Assembly: GCA_002408465.1 (NCBI GenBank)
Contig: DHSM01000006.1
Location: 131,392 to 195,391, forward strand
Direction of reading: 5' to 3'
DNA from: Firmicutes bacterium UBA5286
GTDB lineage: Bacteria; Bacillota; Proteinivoracia; UBA4975
DNA length: 64,000 bases
Each line of letters opens with the position of its first letter. The first letter of the stretch is position 1. Position numbers and translations under genes: made by a program. Shown one piece after another: positions 1 to 9,646 of the stretch. Below the pieces are notes generated by a model, which was not told the origin of the DNA, searched no databases, and saw only the letters and a list, made by a program, of their open reading frames with translations.

Positions 1-338
1 CAAGTAGTTGTTGCCCTCATAGGAGATAATTTCGTACTTCGTCCCGCCAGCGGCATCCTTGACCTCCCCTTGAGGCAGCAAAATTTTGCCGTTGACCTCG
101 ATGCCAGGGGCAGGTTCGCTGCCAGGCTGCCAACCGATATAGGAATCACTATTGATATACTCGTCGATGGCCACCCGCACCAGCCAGGGCTTGGCCAAAT
201 CTACCAAAGTAATAAACACCAGCAACAGGACTGCCAAAATCATCCCCCAGCGATATGGCTTGGCATAGGTCAGGAGACGCTTCATCAAACGTGCATCGTA
301 TGCCTTGCCGATTACTTCTTCTTCATGATAGTTCTGCA
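1..338 (-). CDS. ABC transporter permease/ATP-binding protein, N-terminal part (partial; continues past the window start)
   Basis: Minus-strand reading frame from an ATG at 338 (MQNYHEEEVIGKAYDARLMKRLLTYAKPYRWGMILAVLLLVF...) looks like the N-terminal TM region of an ABC exporter. Its start overlaps the stop of the upstream exporter gene, suggesting a heterodimeric pair. Not in the ORF track because it runs off the edge. Confidence 0.55.
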
Positions 339-351
339 TATGTCTCCCCCC

Positions 352-2097
352 TTATGCTTCGGATACTTTCTTTTCCAATTGCTGCTTTAAATAGAGATGC
401 TGATAGAGGCCGCCCCGCTGCACCAAGTACTCATGAGTGCCTCGCTCAGCGATGGCGCCGCCTTCCAGGACGATAATTTCATCGGCATCCTCAACGGTAG
501 ATATTCGGTGAGAGATAATAATACTGGTGCGCCCTTTCATTATGCGGCGGAGGCCTTGGAGGATCTTTTCCTCAGTCTGGGTATCCACCGCCGACAGGCA
601 GTCATCGAGAATGAGGATTTTGGGGTCCTTGATCAGGGCCCGGGCAATGGAAACTCGCTGTTTTTGCCCCCCGGACAAGGTGACGCCCCTTTCCCCGGAC
701 ATGGTTTCAAACTTGTTGGGAAACTCCACAATATTGTCGTAGACCTGGGCCAGGCGGGCGGCTTCCTCAATCTCAGACTGGCTGTAGGAGCCTGCAAAGC
801 CAATATTGTTGGCTATGGTATCGGAGAAGAGAAAATTATCCTGGGGAACATAACCAATGCTCTCCCGCAGCAGGGTGAGGGGAATCTCGTTGATATCTAT
901 GCCATCGATGAACAACTGGCCCGGGGGCGAATTGTACAGACGCAGAAGCAGGTTGACCAAAGTGGTCTTGCCGCTGCCGGTCCTGCCAATAATGGCCAGG
1001 GTCTTGCCCTGTTTCAGCTTGATATTGATATTTTTAAGAGCCTGTGTCCCGTCAGGATAAGAAAAGTTTAGGTTCCTGAACTCGATTTGTCCCCGCAGGG
1101 ATTCCACCGGTTTGACTGTGGCGGGATCGTCGTAGACTTCAGGTCTTTCGTTAAACAGGATATTAAGGCGCTCCATGGAAGCCGAACCCCGCTGGAGCAC
1201 GTTGATTACCCGGCCTACTGCCATCATGGGCCAGATGAGCATGCCCAGGTAGGCGTTAAAGGCGACAAATTCCCCCAAACTGATTCTGGCGTTGATGACC
1301 TGGATGCCTCCGTAGCCCAGGACAATCATATAGCTGATGCCGGAAATTAACTGGATCATTGGCCCCATCAGTCCCCAGATTTTCACCATGCGCAGGTTTT
1401 TGACGGCATAGCTGCGGGCAGCGGCATCGAATCTATCCAGCTCTGCCTCTTCCTGGACAAAGGATTTGACCACCCTGATGCCGGACAAGGTCTCCTGCAC
1501 CCGATCTGTAAGGGTAGAGAAGGCTTGCTGCACCGCCCGGAAGCGCACGTGGATGTGGCGGCCGAATACTGAAGCCAGGCCCGCTAAAAAGGGCAGAGGT
1601 AACAGGGCCAGCAAAGTCAGTTTCCAGTCGATTTTGGCAGCCATGGTATACACCGTAATCGTAGTCAAAAACAGCGAGTCGGTGAGCATGAGCACCCCTG
1701 GTCCCATCGCCATGCGGATGGCATTGATGTCATTGGTGGCATGGGCCATGAGGTCCCCGGTCTTATGATTGTTGAAAAAGTTCACCGACAAAGTCTCCAA
1801 ATGGGAAAACAGCCGGTTGCGCAAATAGTATTCCAGGCGCCGGGCAGAACCCATGATATATATCCGCCAAAAATAACGCCCCAGTGCCATAATTGCGGCA
1901 ATGCCCAAGATGTAACCTGCGTAGCGCATCAGTCCAGCGTTGTCAATCTGCCGGGCTTGAATGAGGTCTGTGGTTTTGCCCAGCAGGCGCGGGATTTGCA
2001 GGTTGAAAATATTAACGGCTATCAGCCAGAAAATCCCCAGAGCATACCGCCAGGCGTTGATTTTGAAAAAATCTTTGAGTGCTTTGAATGATTTCAT
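352..2097 (-). CDS. ABC exporter, fused permease + ATP-binding protein (MsbA/YheI-like)
   Basis: 581 aa. Six-TM N-terminal half, then Walker A GRTGSGKTT, ABC signature LSGGQKQRVSIARAL, Walker B ILILDD and H-loop. Confidence 0.9.
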   Translation of the reverse strand: MKSFKALKDFFKINAWRYALGIFWLIAVNIFNLQIPRLLGKTTDLIQARQIDNAGLMRYAGYILGIAAIMALGRYFWRIYIMGSARRLEYYLRNRLFSHLETLSVNFFNNHKTGDLMAHATNDINAIRMAMGPGVLMLTDSLFLTTITVYTMAAKIDWKLTLLALLPLPFLAGLASVFGRHIHVRFRAVQQAFSTLTDRVQETLSGIRVVKSFVQEEAELDRFDAAARSYAVKNLRMVKIWGLMGPMIQLISGISYMIVLGYGGIQVINARISLGEFVAFNAYLGMLIWPMMAVGRVINVLQRGSASMERLNILFNERPEVYDDPATVKPVESLRGQIEFRNLNFSYPDGTQALKNINIKLKQGKTLAIIGRTGSGKTTLVNLLLRLYNSPPGQLFIDGIDINEIPLTLLRESIGYVPQDNFLFSDTIANNIGFAGSYSQSEIEEAARLAQVYDNIVEFPNKFETMSGERGVTLSGGQKQRVSIARALIKDPKILILDDCLSAVDTQTEEKILQGLRRIMKGRTSIIISHRISTVEDADEIIVLEGGAIAERGTHEYLVQRGGLYQHLYLKQQLEKKVSEA

Positions 2098-2251
2098 CTT
2101 GTCGCCCCCGATAAAATTTCACACTGCTAATATTAACATATGAAGCTTTCTCTGACAAATCTTAATTTCCCGGGAAAAATTGCTGCATTCTTGGGCTTGC
2201 TTCGATTATCTTGTCCAGGCGAATTTATTTAGACATCCGGAATATTCACCA

Positions 2252-2290
2252 AAAAAAAAACACCCTCTCAAGAGGGTGTGGCCCATTTTT
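2252..2290 (-). terminator. Rho-independent terminator downstream of the LysM gene
   Basis: CACCCTCT-caag-AGAGGGTG hairpin flanked by an A10 run on plus, which gives a hairpin followed by a T-run on the minus strand just after the LysM stop. Confidence 0.55.
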
Positions 2291-3107
2291 AAGTGGGGAT
2301 ACAGATAACCTGACCGATTTGCAGATTGTTGGGATTGACTCCCGGATTGGCTTGCTCGATGGCGGCCACTGTCGTGCCAAAGCGCTGGGCCAGGAGAAAA
2401 TAAGTGTCCCCCGCCTGGATGGTGTAAAGGAAGCCGGGGCAGACGGTTGGCGGCGCTGCCTGGGGAATGCAGATTACCTGACCGATTTGCAGATTGTTGG
2501 GATTGACTCCCGGATTGGCTTGCTGAATGGCGGCCACTGTCGTGCCAAAGCGCTGGGCCAGGAGAAAATAAGTGTCCCCCGCCTGGATGGTGTAGAGGAA
2601 ACCTGGGCAGACGGTTGGCGCAGCCTGGGGAATGCAGATAACCTGACCAATTTGCAGGTTGTTGGGGTTTACTCCCGGATTGGCTTGCTGAATGGCGGCT
2701 ACTGTCGTGCCAAAGCGCTGGGCCAGCTGGAAATAGGTGTCCCCCGCCTGGACGGTATAGAGAAAACCGTTGGGGCAGACAGGCGGGGCCGGCGCCTGAG
2801 GAATGCAGATGACCTGCCCAATCCTGAGATTGTTGGGATCAGCAGCGGGATTGGCTTGCTCGATGGCGGCCACTGTCGTGCCAAAGCGCTGGGCCAGCTG
2901 GAAATAGGTATCCCCCGCCTGGATGGTGTACAAAAATCCGTTGGGACATAGGGCATCCGGGAAAACCACCATCTGGTTTTCCAGATCGTCAAAGACATTT
3001 TGGATGTCTGGATTGGCCTGGGCCAGCTGCCGCGTTTCCAGTCCCCGGGTTCGAGCTATAAGGTACAAGCTTTCCCCCTTCTTTGCCACATATCTGTTGT
3101 TGTCCAT
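2289..3107 (-). CDS. LysM-repeat protein (5 LysM domains; likely spore coat/cortex associated, SafA-like)
   Basis: Repeated YTIQAGDTYFQLAQRFGTTVAAIEQANP...NLQIGQVICIP modules. No signal peptide. Probable start at MDNNRY (ATG about 3107) preceded by GAGGAGGA. Confidence 0.8.
   Translation of the reverse strand: MDNNRYVAKKGESLYLIARTRGLETRQLAQANPDIQNVFDDLENQMVVFPDALCPNGFLYTIQAGDTYFQLAQRFGTTVAAIEQANPAADPNNLRIGQVICIPQAPAPPVCPNGFLYTVQAGDTYFQLAQRFGTTVAAIQQANPGVNPNNLQIGQVICIPQAAPTVCPGFLYTIQAGDTYFLLAQRFGTTVAAIQQANPGVNPNNLQIGQVICIPQAAPPTVCPGFLYTIQAGDTYFLLAQRFGTTVAAIEQANPGVNPNNLQIGQVICIPT
2299..2960. repeat. Four near-identical tandem DNA repeats of about 168 bp (one LysM module each) inside the LysM gene
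   Basis: Motif tgaccgatttgcagattgttgggattgactcccggattggcttgct recurs at 2311, 2479, 2644 and 2814 with a 165-170 bp period. Confidence 0.85.
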
Positions 3108-3185
3108 ACTTTCTATCCTCCTCACAGAATACTTGCTCCCCTAATAACCTATGTAAACTGCCCTCTGCCAGTGCCTGGGCAAATA

Positions 3186-3213
3186 GCAAAAAAAAAACGC
3201 CCTTAGGCGGAAA
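3186..3213 (-). terminator. Possible terminator after the NUDIX gene
   Basis: An A10 run then cgccc-tta-ggcgg on plus gives a short hairpin plus T-run on minus. The stem is short. Confidence 0.35.
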
Positions 3214-3748
3214 GCTTGTTTAGTGCCAGATTTAGCGCCAGGCAGTTTAAAGAATGATGAATTGCCCCTGTTTCCATGAGCTGAGCCACGTCAGCTAAAG
3301 GAACCAGCTGGACATCAATGGATTCAGTACCCTCCAAGGCCTGCTCCCCCACTCGGCGGCAGCCGGTGGCCAAAAACAGGTGGCACCAGTTATTTTGAAT
3401 TGCCGGGTTGACGCTGACTGCGGTAAGCAGCTGGATTTTTCCGGCAGCATACCCGGTCTCCTCCGCCAGCTCCCGAGCGGCAGTAAGCCTGGGTTCCTCG
3501 CCAGGGTCCACCACTCCCCCGGGAATCTCAAGATTGATTTCTTCCAGGCCGTGACGGAACTGGCGGACCAGCACTACCTGATTATCTTCGGTAATTGCCA
3601 CAATATTAACCCAGTCGGGAAATTCCAGGATAAAGAAATCATGGTTCTCAAAGCCGGGAGCAGTGCGGGTATCTTTGCGCACACTCAAGTAAGGGTGCTT
3701 ACAAAGATAAGTGGTAGCGATTGTCTTCCATCTTGCCGGCTTATCCAT
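3203..3748 (-). CDS. NUDIX hydrolase (ADP-ribose pyrophosphatase-like)
   Basis: Nudix box GGVVDPGEEPRLTAARELAEETGY (GX5EX7REUXEEXGU). Confidence 0.85.
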   Translation of the reverse strand: MDKPARWKTIATTYLCKHPYLSVRKDTRTAPGFENHDFFILEFPDWVNIVAITEDNQVVLVRQFRHGLEEINLEIPGGVVDPGEEPRLTAARELAEETGYAAGKIQLLTAVSVNPAIQNNWCHLFLATGCRRVGEQALEGTESIDVQLVPLADVAQLMETGAIHHSLNCLALNLALNKLSA

Positions 3749-3783
3749 ATTATCAACTCCTGTGCCGAAATCGCCGCGGCAAG

Positions 3784-4425
3784 CTAGAAATCCAAGTACT
3801 CAATCTCGCAGTCCTTCCGCAGTTGTGCAATATAGTCACTGCGCATAGAGTCAGCTTTCTGTTCTTTAAGAGTGTAAGCTAAATATTCTCTGAGATCTTC
3901 CTCATCGATCTCCTCATCGCCCTCATAATTCTGAAGGTATAAATCCACCGCCGCCTGAATATCTTCTTCGCCCACCTCAATTTTGCTGAGCTCAAGCTCC
4001 TGCTCAAACAGGGCCTCAATCATCAAGATATCTGTCAGCACAGACTTGTATGATTCCAGGGAAAACTCAGCGTCTGTCAAAGCCTGTTCAAAGGCGTCTT
4101 CATCGGGAAAACTGTCTTTGACAGCTGCCAGCTCTTTTTCAACATCCACTGATTCTGCTGTAATACCTGCCTTTATGGCCGCCGCTTTCAGCAAGTGGGT
4201 ATTGATCAGGCGGTCGACAGCATACTGCTTAACCTGTTTAATTTCTTCGTCAGTCAGTGTGACCCCCTGACTTTCATAAGATGCCAGGTCGTAATTCACT
4301 TCAGAATCAAAAGCCTCTCGGGAAATCTCCACTCCGTTGACAATTGCCACCGGCCCCTTTTGGGAACAGCCAGCCAGCCCCAACAACAGTGAAAATACTA
4401 TGGCAAAAACAGTTATTTTTTTCAT
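3784..4425 (-). CDS. Lipoprotein with SurA N-terminal-like chaperone domain (no PPIase domain)
   Basis: Start at MKKITVFAIVFSLLLGLAGC (lipobox LAGC) preceded by GGAGG. Acidic helical SurA_N-like body. Confidence 0.55.
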   Translation of the reverse strand: MKKITVFAIVFSLLLGLAGCSQKGPVAIVNGVEISREAFDSEVNYDLASYESQGVTLTDEEIKQVKQYAVDRLINTHLLKAAAIKAGITAESVDVEKELAAVKDSFPDEDAFEQALTDAEFSLESYKSVLTDILMIEALFEQELELSKIEVGEEDIQAAVDLYLQNYEGDEEIDEEDLREYLAYTLKEQKADSMRSDYIAQLRKDCEIEYLDF

Positions 4426-4501
4426 AGATTCCTTGCCTCCCTTGCATGGGTACAACCCTAACATCATTCCTGAGGATAAGTCAAGGGCAAATCCTGCAAG
4501 T

Positions 4502-6736
4502 TTAAGCCTTAATTTTTTTTATTTCCTGAACACTGGCTGCCTGCAGCCATTTAGTAAAAGCCTCCGCTTCCTCCAGGAGCAACTGCAGACGTTGTCGCCT
4601 GGGTCCGGCTTTAAGTTTTGTCCCGGTCCCAATGCCCAGCACCAGTTTGCCTTCAATCAGTTCATAGCCCACAATCCCTGACTCAGAGAGCAGACGCAGA
4701 GCAGCGAGGATAGTCTCCTCGGTCTGGGCCAGGGCGGCAGCCAGGGAAGCCAAGGGCGCTATACCTCCCAGCTGATTGAGGATATACTTTAGGGCGCCCA
4801 GGAATCCCGGAAGAAAATCCTCTCTTTCCCCCGGGGCAAAACCCAACACCACCAGATCCGGCTCCACCATAGCCAGGACTTGGCGCAACACAGCAGGGGA
4901 AGGAGGCGGGGTAAGGAGGACCAACACGCTGGCGGGCTCAAGACCCACCCGGGTAAAACCTGGATGATCCTGCCATTTTATCCCCTCCCGGTATACTGCC
5001 GCCTGGGAAAACTGGCGCAATACTTGGCGCCAGGGGAGCCCCCGCAAATCCTCATACTGATAGCTTCTCTTCAGGAGCAGCGGGCGCTCATGCCCCGGCC
5101 ACCAAGCTTTGAGAGTAGCCATTACCGATTGCTGCCCCCGGTAATAATCCTGGGCTACAGTGAATACAGCGCCAATGCTGCCTCCGGGCTCTGGGGCCGG
5201 GCCCCCGTCCCACAAGCCGGCGGCAAGACTGTGCCTGCGATCGCCAAGTGTGAGGATATAGCCTGTGCCTGCAGGACGAATACTCTTGACAGCCAGGCTC
5301 TGACTATACAAGAGAGGACGGGCATTGCCCTCGCCGCAAGGCGCCATGGCAGCTAGATCTTCCACCAGTTCCAAACTAATATCGCCGGCTTTGACCACCA
5401 AATCCACCGTCAATTCCGACTGGGTCCACCCTTCCATCTTCTGAGCGAGGACCTGCTGAGCAGCTAGAATAAAGCTCTCCAGCTTGTCCAGGGAAAGAGA
5501 AAAGCCGGCGGCGGCAGGGTGCCCGCCAAACTTTAGCAGGTGCTCACTGCAGAGGTCCAGCACCTGGTAGATGTCAATTCCCTCTACCGAACGAGCCGAG
5601 CCCACGATGCTCCCATCCCGGCCGTCAGTCATGAGGATGGCTGGCGCCAGGCTGCCAGAACAAACTTGGCCGGCAGCGATGCCGATTACCCCCTGATGCC
5701 AGCTGGAATTGTGGGCCACAACCGGCCTCCCCGGCTCCAGGTCCAAATCCTCTAGAATCTTCCGGCCCAATTCTTTGCGCAGAAGATTGAGCCGGTTAAG
5801 TTCACGGGCCAGGGGCTCGGCCTCGGCTCTCTCTTTGGCCAGCAGCAGATTTACTCCTAAGCTGCCACTGTCCAGGCGGCCGGCGGCATTGATGCGGGGA
5901 GCAATCTGAAAGCCCAGCTTTTCCTCATCCACCAGTCCCGGCTGTAGATTGGCAGCGGCAAAAAGCGCTGCCAGGCCGGGCCTCTCTGCCTGCTGCAGCA
6001 GGGGCAAGCCCCTGACATACAGCTGCCGGCTGTGGCCCAGCAAGGGCACCACATCGGCAATTATCCCCAGAGCGACCAGGTCCAGCAGGTCATCTGCCCC
6101 CAGATTATGCCGGTTCAGCAACTCCCGAGCGAGGACAAAAGCAGTCCCCACTCCAGGCAGGTCCCGGGACGGGTGGCCCTGGGGAAGGAGCTTAAAATTC
6201 AGCACTGCCGCCGCCTGAGGCAATTCCGGAGGCGGCGTATGGTGATCGGTTACCACTACATCCATCCCCAGCCGGCCTGCCAGCTGGATTTCCCCATGGT
6301 TGCTGATGCCGCAGTCACAGGTGATGATTAAGTTTACGCCTTCGCCGGCCAGGGCTTCTACCCGCCGGGCATCCATGCCGTAGCCTTCGCTGAAGCGGTT
6401 GGGAATATGCCAGACTGCCTGGGCCTGCAGCCTGTTTAGGGTGGTGACCAGCAAGGCGGTGGCGGTGATGCCGTCCACATCATAATCGCCGTAAACAGCA
6501 ATCTTTTCTCCCCGTTCCAGGGCGGTCTCCACCCGGGCGATTGCCTGTATCAGAGGCGGATACTTGCTGAGATCCGGCTCGGGCTGAGCCAGAGGGTTGA
6601 GAATATGCTCAATCTCTTCCTTGCTGTCAATGCCCCGGTTGTGGAAGATGGCTGCCAGGCGGGGGCTGCCGCCAGCCCACAGGACCATTTCCGGAGGCAG
6701 GAGACCTTCTGGCGGCAATTTGATGCGCACGCTCAA
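4502..6736 (-). CDS. recJ: Single-stranded-DNA-specific exonuclease RecJ
   Basis: DHH family motifs (VYGDYDVDGITATALL, CDCG, VVTDHH), DHHA1 region and a long Firmicutes-type C-terminal extension. Its start overlaps the stop of the upstream nuclease gene. Confidence 0.9.
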   Translation of the reverse strand: MSVRIKLPPEGLLPPEMVLWAGGSPRLAAIFHNRGIDSKEEIEHILNPLAQPEPDLSKYPPLIQAIARVETALERGEKIAVYGDYDVDGITATALLVTTLNRLQAQAVWHIPNRFSEGYGMDARRVEALAGEGVNLIITCDCGISNHGEIQLAGRLGMDVVVTDHHTPPPELPQAAAVLNFKLLPQGHPSRDLPGVGTAFVLARELLNRHNLGADDLLDLVALGIIADVVPLLGHSRQLYVRGLPLLQQAERPGLAALFAAANLQPGLVDEEKLGFQIAPRINAAGRLDSGSLGVNLLLAKERAEAEPLARELNRLNLLRKELGRKILEDLDLEPGRPVVAHNSSWHQGVIGIAAGQVCSGSLAPAILMTDGRDGSIVGSARSVEGIDIYQVLDLCSEHLLKFGGHPAAAGFSLSLDKLESFILAAQQVLAQKMEGWTQSELTVDLVVKAGDISLELVEDLAAMAPCGEGNARPLLYSQSLAVKSIRPAGTGYILTLGDRRHSLAAGLWDGGPAPEPGGSIGAVFTVAQDYYRGQQSVMATLKAWWPGHERPLLLKRSYQYEDLRGLPWRQVLRQFSQAAVYREGIKWQDHPGFTRVGLEPASVLVLLTPPPSPAVLRQVLAMVEPDLVVLGFAPGEREDFLPGFLGALKYILNQLGGIAPLASLAAALAQTEETILAALRLLSESGIVGYELIEGKLVLGIGTGTKLKAGPRRQRLQLLLEEAEAFTKWLQAASVQEIKKIKA

Positions 6737-7515
6737 GGCAGGTTCACCCCCTGGAGGACAATTTCCTGTACTTGCTCCCAGTCCACCTCATCAATGTCCA
6801 GCAGATCTTCCTGAACTTCCTCCAGGCCCTGGCCATGGCAGACAGGCCGGTATTCGCAAAACCGGCAATTTTTCTCGTTATTCGTGGCCGGGAAGGCTGC
6901 TGTGCTCATAATCTGATCAATAAGCCGGCGAATCCAGGCTCCGTCCTGTTCCTGCTGCTGGACAGAGTAATTTACAGTCAACGGCTCCCGGGGAAATCTG
7001 GGATTCCAGTAAACCATCTGCACATTTTCCGCTTCTACACCAAAATAGCCGGTAAGGGTCAAGAGATACAGATAAAGCCGGGTCTGAGGAGAAACTGCGA
7101 AAGCTGACCGGGGTGGCCGTTCATCGGTCTTCCAGTCGTAAATGGTAACTTTCCCCTGGCCCGCCGCCAGCAAGTCGTACTTGGCCAACAGGCGCAGATC
7201 ATTCTGAGCTGAGCGCAGCTCATATTCCGGCAAGAACTCTTCCTTAGCTGACAGAGGCAAATACTCTTGCAGCTGGTTCAGCCAAGTTGCCAGCATGGGT
7301 TCTCCCGGAGGCAGCGCCCCCACGCCGCCGCTGAAATAGCGCTGAGCCAAAAGGTGAAATCTCCGCCCCAGCTCAATATGCTCGCTGACTTTTCCGCCAG
7401 CGGCAAAAGGCCAATAGAGGCCGTCGATGTAACGATACTTAAATTTCAGGGGACAGCTCTGCCAGGCGGACAGAGAGGCCTGGCTAAACCAGAGTTTGCT
7501 CAGTTCACTTGGCAC
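6733..7515 (-). CDS. PD-(D/E)XK nuclease with 4-Cys Fe-S cluster motif (Cas4/AddB C-terminal-like)
   Basis: 260 aa. One early Cys (SCPLKFKYRY), RecB-type motif IYDWKTDE and C-terminal C-x2-C-x5-C (CRFCEYRPVCHG). Confidence 0.7.
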   Translation of the reverse strand: MPSELSKLWFSQASLSAWQSCPLKFKYRYIDGLYWPFAAGGKVSEHIELGRRFHLLAQRYFSGGVGALPPGEPMLATWLNQLQEYLPLSAKEEFLPEYELRSAQNDLRLLAKYDLLAAGQGKVTIYDWKTDERPPRSAFAVSPQTRLYLYLLTLTGYFGVEAENVQMVYWNPRFPREPLTVNYSVQQQEQDGAWIRRLIDQIMSTAAFPATNNEKNCRFCEYRPVCHGQGLEEVQEDLLDIDEVDWEQVQEIVLQGVNLP

Positions 7516-9646
7516 CTGCCTTCACCTCCATGGTTTTTTCCAGCTCTTTTATTGCCAATGCAGGCCGCTGCCGTCCGTATTTGCCCTTTTTATGCCAGGT
7601 CAGCAGTAAATTGACTTTTGCGCGGGTGATGGCCACATACAACAGGCGCAGGCGCTCACACAGGAGTTCTTCCCGGGCGGCGGCAATGGCAGCGACAGTG
7701 TCCCGGCCCTGCATTTCCGCCCGGGCCACGGCCACGGGATTGATGATTTCCTCCGGCAGCCAGCCGTACTCCGCCCTGATCTTATCTGTGGGCAGGCCGG
7801 GATAATCATTGCTTGTGACGCTGACCACATATACCGTATCCCATTCCAGGCCCTTGGCCCGATGGGCGGTGACCAGGTTTACTACCCCCGGCTGGGGGCT
7901 ATAGCCCCAGCGGTCAAAGAAAACATTGGCTGCCCCCAGGAAGCTAGTGGTCAGCCGCCGGACTTCTTCCGCTACCTGGGGCAGGCGCCAATTGGGGTAG
8001 ATAGCCAGCCACTGCTTAATGTCTACAGCGATTTTCTGGGCCAGGGCCAATTCCTGTTGCTGCAGGCCCAAGTCATTGGCGATTTCCAGCACCAAAATAT
8101 CCGGGGGCAGGTGCAGGGCCTCCAGCCAGACCTTTAGCTGCTCCAGCTGGGCCTGGACATCCACCCACAATTCAAACTCCCTCAAGCTCTGGGGCCAGCT
8201 GGGCTCAGAAAAGAGCAGCTGTTCTGCCGGCACTGTCTCCAAGTAGCCCCGGACAGGAGCAACATCAACTAGTTGGGGAACAAGCCGTTCCAGGGCGGCC
8301 ACCAGCAAACCGTTATCCCCGGGATTGGCCAGGAAGTTTAGGATTGCCTGGAGGTCATCAATGGTCTTGCGCCGCTCGGCTGGATACTGGCAAATTTCGT
8401 AAAAAGGAGCCTCCATATCCGTCAGCGCCTGTCTGAAATCAGACACCAGTTGGTTAGTAGGGGCGAGAATTGCCACTGTCTTATCAGGATTGCGCTGGAC
8501 GTAGCCGGCGGCATGTTTGCTGACCTCAAGTATTTCTTCCTCAAAGTCTTCATAGCTGCGAACAGCCAGGGTATAGCCCGGAGAGCTGGGATTGGGGAAG
8601 GGATCATCGGCGGCCACCGGCTGAATATAGTTGGGCTCCAGCGCCTGCCGGCAAGCTGGGATGGGATGCTCATTGCAGCACCAGTGGACCAGGCCGTTGG
8701 CCAGGTCGATAATGTCAGTGCTGCTGCGGTTGGACTGGAGCATGGGCAGAGCAACTACATCCGGACGCCGGGCATAATCCCGGAACAGGCCGGGATCGGA
8801 ATCGGTGAAGGTTCCCATTATTGCCTGGTTGGAATCTCCCACCCGCACCAGGTTGCCGCTGCCCTTAGCTAATTTCAGGAGCAAGGCCTGCTGCAGAGGG
8901 TTGGAATCTTGGGCTTCATCTTCAAAAATATAAGGCCAGGCTGCCGACAGCCGCAGGGCCAGTTCCGCATCATCCTCCACCATGCGCCAAGCCCGCAGCA
9001 GGAGGTCGTCAAAGTCCACCATCCCCAGCTGGGCCAGGCGCTCCTGGTATTCACGATAGAACTCCGCCGTCCAGGCATAAAAATTATCGCCGCTGCTCTG
9101 CGCTGCCGCCTCTTGGGGAGACAGACCTAAAGCTTTAAAGCGGCGGATCATCTCTTTACCCATGTCCACGGTGCGGTTCCGCCACCCTTCAAGGGTCTGC
9201 TGAAAGCGCATATGGGATTCGCTGATCTTCAGCACCGCTTGCCAGCGCTGTTGGTTGCGGTCGATCCAGCGGTCGACGATCTCCTCAACCAGCCGCTCCC
9301 GGTAACCACCGTCGAGGATGGAAAAATCATCCCGAAGCAGAGCTGAATCCGGGCGCTGGCGGATAATCTGCAAAGCCAATGAATGCAGGGTCCTGACTTC
9401 AAAGCCAACTCCCCTGGGCAGATCCCGCTTTTCCAGCCAATCGCCAATCTTGCGGGTAAAGTTTGCCACCGCCGAGTTCATGACTGTAACCACCAGGATC
9501 TTGGAACCCCGGGGCAGACCTTCACTGATTAAACGGGCTGCCAGCCAGGAAAGCACAGTGGTCTTGCCGGCGCCGGGGACGGCAGGAACGGCCAGTAGTC
9601 CCCCTTTATACTCTGCTACTTCACTTTGTCCCGGTCGAAAGCGCAT
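7505..9646 (-). CDS. UvrD/PcrA-family SF1 DNA helicase (AddA helicase-core-like, no nuclease domain)
   Basis: Walker A AVPGAGKTT, motif II FEDEAQD, motif III VGDSNQAI, motif V LVTAHRAKGLEWD, motif VI YVAITRAK. The likely start is internal (MRFRPGQ at about 9646) with GGAGAGGAGGGG upstream. The longer track ORF overlaps the upstream gene by 200 nt. Confidence 0.85.
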   Translation of the reverse strand: MRFRPGQSEVAEYKGGLLAVPAVPGAGKTTVLSWLAARLISEGLPRGSKILVVTVMNSAVANFTRKIGDWLEKRDLPRGVGFEVRTLHSLALQIIRQRPDSALLRDDFSILDGGYRERLVEEIVDRWIDRNQQRWQAVLKISESHMRFQQTLEGWRNRTVDMGKEMIRRFKALGLSPQEAAAQSSGDNFYAWTAEFYREYQERLAQLGMVDFDDLLLRAWRMVEDDAELALRLSAAWPYIFEDEAQDSNPLQQALLLKLAKGSGNLVRVGDSNQAIMGTFTDSDPGLFRDYARRPDVVALPMLQSNRSSTDIIDLANGLVHWCCNEHPIPACRQALEPNYIQPVAADDPFPNPSSPGYTLAVRSYEDFEEEILEVSKHAAGYVQRNPDKTVAILAPTNQLVSDFRQALTDMEAPFYEICQYPAERRKTIDDLQAILNFLANPGDNGLLVAALERLVPQLVDVAPVRGYLETVPAEQLLFSEPSWPQSLREFELWVDVQAQLEQLKVWLEALHLPPDILVLEIANDLGLQQQELALAQKIAVDIKQWLAIYPNWRLPQVAEEVRRLTTSFLGAANVFFDRWGYSPQPGVVNLVTAHRAKGLEWDTVYVVSVTSNDYPGLPTDKIRAEYGWLPEEIINPVAVARAEMQGRDTVAAIAAAREELLCERLRLLYVAITRAKVNLLLTWHKKGKYGRQRPALAIKELEKTMEVKAGAK

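Noticed and set aside
2211-2951. 246-aa plus-strand ORF with its own internal repeats
   Set aside because: It is the antisense shadow of the LysM tandem repeats. It has no RBS and no recognisable protein features, and its periodicity simply mirrors the minus-strand repeats.
2299-2960. A possible CRISPR array, given the regular repeats
   Set aside because: The repeats are about 168 bp, contiguous with no unique spacers, and in-frame coding for LysM domains. There are no cas genes.
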